Origin: Bacteriovoracia bacterium
GTDB taxonomy: Bacteria > Bdellovibrionota > UBA1018 > CAIPTA01
Reading direction: 5' to 3'
Assembly: GCA_050246755.1 (NCBI GenBank)
Contig: JBFWVL010000003.1
Coordinates: 128,001 to 192,000 of the forward strand
DNA length: 64,000 nucleotides
In this document: one piece after another, positions 58,488 through 64,000 of the stretch
How the letters are laid out: each line of letters opens with the position of its first letter
How positions within the stretch are numbered: the first letter of the stretch is position 1
Made by a program: the position numbers and the translations under genes
The notes under the pieces: generated by a model
Seen by the model: the letters and a program-made list of their open reading frames with translations, nothing else
What the model was told of the DNA's origin: nothing
The model's database searches: none

Positions 58488-59327
58488 CTAACTCTTCCCG
58501 ACCGCCGGGGCCGCGAAGAAAACGCCGAAGACTTCGCGCGGAGAACGGGCGCGGATTAGGTCCCGGCCCATTTCTCTCCATTCATAGAGGGAAATCGCCA
58601 CCGGATTATAGGAATGGGGGCGCCCAGGAATTCCGTATTCTAAAGTAACCCCTTCTTTTTCTTTCAATAAAGTACCGAAGAGCCGGTCGAAAATGATCAG
58701 CAAGGCCCCGAAATTTCCGCTCTCATATCCGGGATTTTTCGCGTGGTGCAGGCGGTGATGCGCCGGCGTATTCAGAATATATTCCAGCCAGCCCAGACGA
58801 GGGATCCATTCATTATGGTACCAAAGCTGGAAAAATACGTTCGTTAGCCAACCAGCCCAGATTACCTCGGGCGAAAACCCCACGAAGAAGAGCGGCAAGA
58901 AAAAAGCCTTGTGCGCGAGCTCGGGAAGGAGGTCAATCCACCCGGTGATGCTTCCCGTGGCGAAGTTAAGGCGCTGGGACGCATGGTGAACGGAATGCGT
59001 GGCCCAAAATACCCGCACGCGGTGCCGGATCCGGTGCTGCCAGTAGAAAAAAAACTCCAGTAGTAGAAAAAGTAAAAGATAATTAAGGGGCGAATCTAAC
59101 GCTAAAGTTAACAGCCGCTTCGAGTATATCCAGCTGAAAACCGCCTCGCCTAAAAAGAAAACTGGCAGCAGGATCAGCAGCCTCTTCCCGAGGATATGCC
59201 CTACCGAAGTGAAAAATAATTTCCAGTCGTAATCCCTAGACTTAAAAAAACTAAAATATAGGCCCTCGCCTACGGCGAGCAGGAATTCGGCTACCACAAA
59301 AATTTTAAAGACCTGCGATATCGGCAT
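58488..59327 (-). CDS. Sterol desaturase/fatty-acid hydroxylase family protein (paralogue 2)
   Basis: QHRIRH, HSVHHA, WYH, HHRLHHA, FDRLFGT. Confidence 0.88.
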   Translation of the reverse strand: MPISQVFKIFVVAEFLLAVGEGLYFSFFKSRDYDWKLFFTSVGHILGKRLLILLPVFFLGEAVFSWIYSKRLLTLALDSPLNYLLLFLLLEFFFYWQHRIRHRVRVFWATHSVHHASQRLNFATGSITGWIDLLPELAHKAFFLPLFFVGFSPEVIWAGWLTNVFFQLWYHNEWIPRLGWLEYILNTPAHHRLHHAKNPGYESGNFGALLIIFDRLFGTLLKEKEGVTLEYGIPGRPHSYNPVAISLYEWREMGRDLIRARSPREVFGVFFAAPAVGKS

Positions 59328-59341
59328 AAGGTGGTGGGCGG

Positions 59342-59370
59342 ATTTTATCGATTCGCGTTCCCAGCGTCAA
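59342..59370 (-). promoter_or_regulatory. Sigma70 promoter
   Basis: TTGACG-N17-TAAAAT upstream of 59327. Confidence 0.65.
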
Positions 59371-59437
59371 TTGGCTGATTCTCGGCATTATGCCCGGGGA
59401 CCTTGGCTAAGTTCCGAACAAGAAGTAGGCTTTGGGA

Positions 59438-60268
59438 ATGGCCAAAGCTTCCAAAGAAGAATTGCTGATCACGATCCTCGGCTGCGGCACCTCCGTGGGC
59501 GCCCCGATGATCGGTATGCAGGGCGCGAAGCAATTTAAGAATCCCAAAAACCGCCGACTCCGCGCGAGCATCCTGCTTGAGCCCTTCGGCCGCCCCGGGC
59601 CCGCGATCCTCATCGACACCTCACCCGACTTTCGCGAACAGGCCATCCGTTTTTTCCCGCAGAAAAATCCTCGTCTCGATGCGATCCTGCTCACCCACAC
59701 CCATGCGGACCACCTCCATGGCCTCGACGATATCCGTCCTTTCAATTTCTTCCAGAAAGAACCGATTCCGCTGTACGCCGAGCCCGATGCCCTCGAGCAA
59801 GTGCGGATTAAGTTTTCCTATATCTTCGAGCCCACGCAGGAGGGCGGGGGTAAGCCGCGGTTAAACTTGCACCCCGTGGAAACGAAACCGTTCCGTTTCG
59901 AGAGCAGTGCGGATCCCCGCCTGCAAAAACTCGAGGTCACTCCCCTGCCCCTCATTCACGGCACGATATCGTGCCTCGGCTTCCGCCTCGGAAACTTCGC
60001 CTACCTTACCGACTGCAGCCTCATCCCGGAAGAAACCCTCGCCAAAATGCGAGGCCTCGATCTGCTCATCCTCGACTGCCTCCGCCCGAAACCCCATAGC
60101 ACCCACCTCCACGTGGAGCTCGCCCTCGAATATGCCCGTAAGATCAAAGCCAAGAAGACCGTCTTCACCCATATGGGCTGGGAGCTGGAATACGAAGCCT
60201 TTAAGAAGTCCCTGCCCCGCGGGATGGTGCCCGGTTTCGACGGGATGAAGCTCAGGGTAGCGTTTTAG
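59438..60268 (+). CDS. PhnP-like metallo-beta-lactamase-fold hydrolase
   Basis: LGCGTSVG, IDTSPDFREQ, THTHADHLHGLDD, AYLTD, THM. Confidence 0.9.
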   Translation: MAKASKEELLITILGCGTSVGAPMIGMQGAKQFKNPKNRRLRASILLEPFGRPGPAILIDTSPDFREQAIRFFPQKNPRLDAILLTHTHADHLHGLDDIRPFNFFQKEPIPLYAEPDALEQVRIKFSYIFEPTQEGGGKPRLNLHPVETKPFRFESSADPRLQKLEVTPLPLIHGTISCLGFRLGNFAYLTDCSLIPEETLAKMRGLDLLILDCLRPKPHSTHLHVELALEYARKIKAKKTVFTHMGWELEYEAFKKSLPRGMVPGFDGMKLRVAF

Positions 60269-60349
60269 AAAAAAATCCCTTTCCCGCAGGCAAAGTGGCT
60301 CCATCCAGTGCCTTCTCCCGCGCCAACTCGAATATAAACAATTGCCGCA

Positions 60350-60365
60350 TGGCATTATAATTGCT
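60350..60365 (+). promoter_or_regulatory. Sigma54 promoter
   Basis: TGGCATTATAATTGCT about 50 bp before ATG 60415. Confidence 0.7.
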
Positions 60366-60414
60366 CGGAGCGCAGCGGAGCTTAGCTCACCCCAAACTTT
60401 CGAAAGGAATGCCC

Positions 60415-60624
60415 ATGCTAAAACCTATCCCAACCCTCCTGATGATCTCCGCCATCTCCCTCGCTTTTTCCATCGCCGCCATGGCCGAATCCGACCCCGC
60501 CCGGGAAATCCGCGAAGCCAACGGGCTCGCGCAGCAATGGCAAAAGCAGTCTCGAGCCCAGTCCGCCGAGGATCTCGGCCAAGCCACTGCGTCAAAGCTC
60601 TCCTGCCGTTGCCTAGCCCCTTAA
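60415..60624 (+). CDS. Small secreted peptide
   Basis: GAAAGGA RBS; signal peptide ending AMA; C-terminal CRC. Confidence 0.55.
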   Translation: MLKPIPTLLMISAISLAFSIAAMAESDPAREIREANGLAQQWQKQSRAQSAEDLGQATASKLSCRCLAP

Positions 60625-60693
60625 ACGGAGCTATATTTTTGCCATACGAAAAGAAGGCCAGGCGCAACTCGCCGACCAAATTAGGAGCTATCC

Positions 60694-61800
60694 ATGATCA
60701 TTGGCGTACCGAAAGAGATTAAGAATAACGAGAACCGCGTGGGCCTTACCCCCGGCGGAGTGAAAATGCTCGTAGACCGCGGCCACAAGCTGCTCGTGGA
60801 AACGAAAGCCGGCCAAGGCATCGGTGCCACCGATGAAGCCTACGCCAAAGCGGGCGCGAAGATCATCGATACCGCCAAAGAAGTTTGGGACGCGGCCGAA
60901 ATGGTGATCAAAGTAAAAGAGCCGATCCAGCCTGAATACGAGCGCATGAAGCCCGGCCTCATCCTCTACACTTACCTCCACCTCGCCGCCGAGCCCGAGC
61001 TCACCAAGCAGCTGATGGAGCGCAAAGTAAAAGCCGTTGCCTACGAAACCATTCAGCTCGACGATGGCTCCCTTCCTCTTCTTACCCCGATGAGCGAAGT
61101 GGCCGGACGCATGGCCACCCAAATCGGCGCCCGCTACCTCCAGAAGAACGAGGGCGGAAAAGGAATCCTCCTCTCCGGCGTTCCCGGCGTACGCCGCGGA
61201 AAAGTGACCATCCTCGGAGGTGGCGTGGCCGGCACGAACGCGGCCCACATCGCGATCGGCATGGGCGCCCAAGTTACGATCCTCGACATCAATATGCCCC
61301 GCCTCGTGTACCTCGACGATATTTTCAAAAATGCCGTGAACACCCTCTACTCCAATCCCGTGAACATCGAGAAGGCCGTGCGTGAAGCCGACCTCGTGAT
61401 CGGCACCGTGCTGATCGCCGGCGCGAAAGCCCCGAAGCTCGTTACCCGCGAGATGATCAAGCAGATGGAACCGAACTCGGTAGTGGCCGACGTTTCGATC
61501 GACCAAGGCGGTTGCATCGAAACCATCCGTCCCACTTCGCACTCGGATCCGATCTTCCGCGAAGAAAACGTGATCCACTACGGCGTAACGAATATGCCCG
61601 GCGCCGTGGCCCAAACCTCCACCTACGCCCTCACGAACCGCACCCTGAAGTACGCGATGCTCCTCGCCGACCACGGCTTCGAAAAAGCCATTGGCATGGA
61701 CAAGGCGCTCTACAAAGGCGTGAACGTGCTCAACGGCAAAGTGGCTTACAAGCAAGTGGCCGACGACCTCAATCTTCCCTACGAAGCCGCGAAGATCTAA
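60694..61800 (+). CDS. ald: Alanine dehydrogenase
   Basis: [38 protein letters not shown]. Confidence 0.97.
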   Translation: MIIGVPKEIKNNENRVGLTPGGVKMLVDRGHKLLVETKAGQGIGATDEAYAKAGAKIIDTAKEVWDAAEMVIKVKEPIQPEYERMKPGLILYTYLHLAAEPELTKQLMERKVKAVAYETIQLDDGSLPLLTPMSEVAGRMATQIGARYLQKNEGGKGILLSGVPGVRRGKVTILGGGVAGTNAAHIAIGMGAQVTILDINMPRLVYLDDIFKNAVNTLYSNPVNIEKAVREADLVIGTVLIAGAKAPKLVTREMIKQMEPNSVVADVSIDQGGCIETIRPTSHSDPIFREENVIHYGVTNMPGAVAQTSTYALTNRTLKYAMLLADHGFEKAIGMDKALYKGVNVLNGKVAYKQVADDLNLPYEAAKI

Positions 61801-61813
61801 GAGATCCAAAAAC

Positions 61814-61849
61814 AAAAACCCGAACTACAAAACGTAGCTCGGGTTTTTT
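61814..61849 (+). terminator. Rho-independent terminator of ald
   Basis: AAAAACCCGAACTAC-aaaac-GTAGCTCGGGTTTTTT. Confidence 0.75.
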
Positions 61850-61906
61850 ATTGCCAAAAAAACGGCCGGGCGCCCCCAAGCGACCGGCCTATCCATCAAA
61901 GCAAAA

Positions 61907-62368
61907 TTAGTTTTTCTCGCGGCAGCCCGAAACTTCCACGTTGGAATAATTTTTCCCGGCGGCGGAGCAGTAAACACGCCCGTGAGAGCCGTCTCCGTTG
62001 AGCACTACGCTGGAGTAAAAAGTATAACGAGGAACTCCCATATACGCCTCGTCGCGCCCACAAGATTGGTTCACGTTATAAGAAATATTTCCGGGCAAAG
62101 AAGCTTTGCCGTAGCAATCCATGCCGGCTGGGATCTCTACTCCACACCCCACGGTGGGACTAACCAGCGCCGCATCGGCGTCCGACCACTGCACGGTAAG
62201 AAGGATACGCTTATCGTTCTCGTCCTGGGTCTTCTTTTCCACGCTGATCACGATTTCGCCGGCCTTCCCTTTATTGCCCCCCACGAGCTCGCGCCCCTGG
62301 CAAACCAAAGAGCTGGCGTTGGCGGTGAAAGGAACTAGGCATACTAGGGCGGTAAAAATGGCTTTCAT
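61907..62368 (-). CDS. Secreted Cys-rich hypothetical protein
   Basis: Signal peptide ending ANA; six Cys in the mature part. Confidence 0.72.
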   Translation of the reverse strand: MKAIFTALVCLVPFTANASSLVCQGRELVGGNKGKAGEIVISVEKKTQDENDKRILLTVQWSDADAALVSPTVGCGVEIPAGMDCYGKASLPGNISYNVNQSCGRDEAYMGVPRYTFYSSVVLNGDGSHGRVYCSAAGKNYSNVEVSGCREKN

Positions 62369-62497
62369 GAATTTCCCCGTAAAAATAGATTTTGGCAGTG
62401 ATAGCTTAAGGAATTATGCGCCGCAATAACTTTGTTTAGTCCCTTCGCCTTGCCTCCCCTCGCTTAAGTACGCAATACTAGTAGCCTAGGAGCACGA

Positions 62498-63052
62498 ATG
62501 GCCGACGAAAAAGCCGTGGAAAAAGAAGCCGTCCCCGAAGCCCCCGCGGGACCGAAGATGATCCTTGGCCTTCCGCTCCTGCAGTTCGTGTTCATCGCGG
62601 TGAACCTGCTCGTGATGGGCGGCGGCCTTGCCTTTATCATTCATGCTAGCCTGATTTATAAAAAACCCGCCATTACCGAAGATGCCGCGATCACCGAGAT
62701 CAAAAAGAAAGAGGCCGCCCGCCTCAAGCGCCTCGATGAGAGTGGGTTCTTCGTGGAGAACTACCAAGAAATGACGATCACCCTACGGGGCGAGCAGGGC
62801 GGAAAAACGCATTACGCCACCGTAGAAATGTCGCTGGTTTGCGGTTCGGAGAACTGCATTGCCCAGCTCAAGGAGAACCGGGCGAAGGTGGAAGATACCG
62901 TGCAGACCGTGATGGGCTCCCGCTCCTATACCGAACTCGGGTCCCTCGAAGTGAAGTTCCGGGTAAAACACGAGATCATGGGAAAAGTGAATACCTTCCT
63001 CGTGGACACGGCCGTGACCGACGTGCTTTTCACGAACCTCTTGATCCAATAA
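62498..63052 (+). CDS. fliL: Flagellar basal body-associated FliL-family protein
   Basis: N-terminal TM; MTITL, HYATVEM, KVEDTV, VTDVLFTNLLIQ. Confidence 0.8.
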   Translation: MADEKAVEKEAVPEAPAGPKMILGLPLLQFVFIAVNLLVMGGGLAFIIHASLIYKKPAITEDAAITEIKKKEAARLKRLDESGFFVENYQEMTITLRGEQGGKTHYATVEMSLVCGSENCIAQLKENRAKVEDTVQTVMGSRSYTELGSLEVKFRVKHEIMGKVNTFLVDTAVTDVLFTNLLIQ

Positions 63053-63085
63053 AAAAAGCCAGGCTTGGGGCCTGGCTCTCTTCTT
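63052..63085. terminator. Bidirectional terminator
   Basis: A-run AGCCAGGC-ttgg-GGCCTGGCT then pyrimidine run, between convergent genes. Confidence 0.7.
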
Positions 63086-63100
63086 CGCTCTAAATAAGAA

Positions 63101-63382
63101 CTATTGCTCGAAAGAACGGTTCGCGTCGTCGGAATCGAATTCCATGTCTTCGATATTACGGCGGGCAGGGGCGTCGAGGCTCGGGAGGCCGCGGGCGATA
63201 TGCACCGGGTTGTCCTTGGCGTTGATCTCATCCACGTTCACGAATTGGCCGCGATCAGCAACGTCTTCCAGCCCCTTGGAAGATTGCTCGTAGGCTTTGC
63301 GGTCCATTTTACCGAACAAACGGGCGCGCTCGATTACGCGAACATCCATCTTCTTCTCTTCGTGTGCTTCAAAAAGTCCCAT
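63101..63382 (-). CDS. Small hypothetical protein
   Basis: GAAAGGA RBS before MGLFEAH; DVRVIER motif. Confidence 0.7.
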   Translation of the reverse strand: MGLFEAHEEKKMDVRVIERARLFGKMDRKAYEQSSKGLEDVADRGQFVNVDEINAKDNPVHIARGLPSLDAPARRNIEDMEFDSDDANRSFEQ

Positions 63383-63441
63383 AGTAAATCCTTTCGTGGC
63401 AGTGCTGAGCCACAAGGGTTACCACGAGGGGCGATTCCCCG

Positions 63442-64000
63442 TCAATTCCAGGTCTTAGGGTCCTCGTCGTCGTCTTCCCCGCGAATGAGACGCAAATGGT
63501 TGGATTTTTTGAGGCGTTTCTTGCGCTCGCCCCCACCGCTCGCCTGATTTTTAGCGCGCTGCCGCCATTGCGCCATGGCCATGAGGAAGAGAAAACCGAA
63601 TACGAAGCCGCCGAGGTGGGCGGTATGGGCCACTCCATCCTTGCTGTAAAAAACGCTGGAAATGAGCTCAATCCCGCCCAGAAGCATCACAAAGTATTTG
63701 GCGGGCATGGGAAAAAGCATGAAGAAATACATCTGCCGCTCCCCGAAAAGGATCCCGTAAGCAAGGAGGAGCCCGTAGACCACGCCCGAGGAGCCCACCA
63801 TGGGCACGTAGGGGCTGGTACCAAGGGACGCCAGACTGAACACACCGTAAACAATGGCTCCACCGAGGGCGGCCACGAAGCAGTAAGAAAGAAAGGTCTT
63901 TACGCCCCAGAGTCCTTCAAGCTCGGAGCCGACCGTCCAAATAACCAGGAGGTTAAAGAGGAGATGAAAAAGGCCGGAGTGCAAAAAAGCATAGGTCACG
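63442..64000 (-). CDS. Rhomboid-family intramembrane serine protease (N-terminus outside the window)
   Basis: TYAFLH, HLLFN, GSSG catalytic Ser, AHTAHLGG. Confidence 0.92.
   Translation of the reverse strand, partial: VTYAFLHSGLFHLLFNLLVIWTVGSELEGLWGVKTFLSYCFVAALGGAIVYGVFSLASLGTSPYVPMVGSSGVVYGLLLAYGILFGERQMYFFMLFPMPAKYFVMLLGGIELISSVFYSKDGVAHTAHLGGFVFGFLFLMAMAQWRQRAKNQASGGGERKKRLKKSNHLRLIRGEDDDEDPKTWN

Overview
Chromosomal window, most likely from a Bdellovibrionota bacterium. The assignment is inferred from a RomR orthologue, a TIGR02147-family protein, a TPR-wHTH regulator, a long LptC/LptA protein and many orphan secreted proteins. Housekeeping blocks are kdsB-pyrG-kdsA-kdsC-lptC/A-lptB-rpoN-hpf-rimK, groES-groEL, nadC-birA, trmB, rdgB plus a Gld-like ABC operon, ald, selO and comEC. 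Between them lie signalling genes (two histidine kinases, a GGDEF protein, RomR, a pseudo-receiver/coiled-coil protein) and secreted enzymes and orphans. Features missing from the ORF track: tRNA-Asp, a 6S RNA, a 38-aa very basic protein, an M4-type peptidase cut by the left edge, and sigma70, sigma54 and sigma28 promoters. I found no CRISPR array, integrase, transposase or prophage. The best leads are: apparently widespread leaderless transcripts; a TIGR02147 gene divergent from five secreted orphans under back-to-back FliA-type promoters; a structured, CIRCE-less groES leader; 6S RNA upstream of a TPR-wHTH gene; a lone AbiJ-like gene at tRNA-Asp; and NUDIX-DUF1285 and LptC-LptA fusions. All family calls come from recognising motifs by eye; no searches were run.
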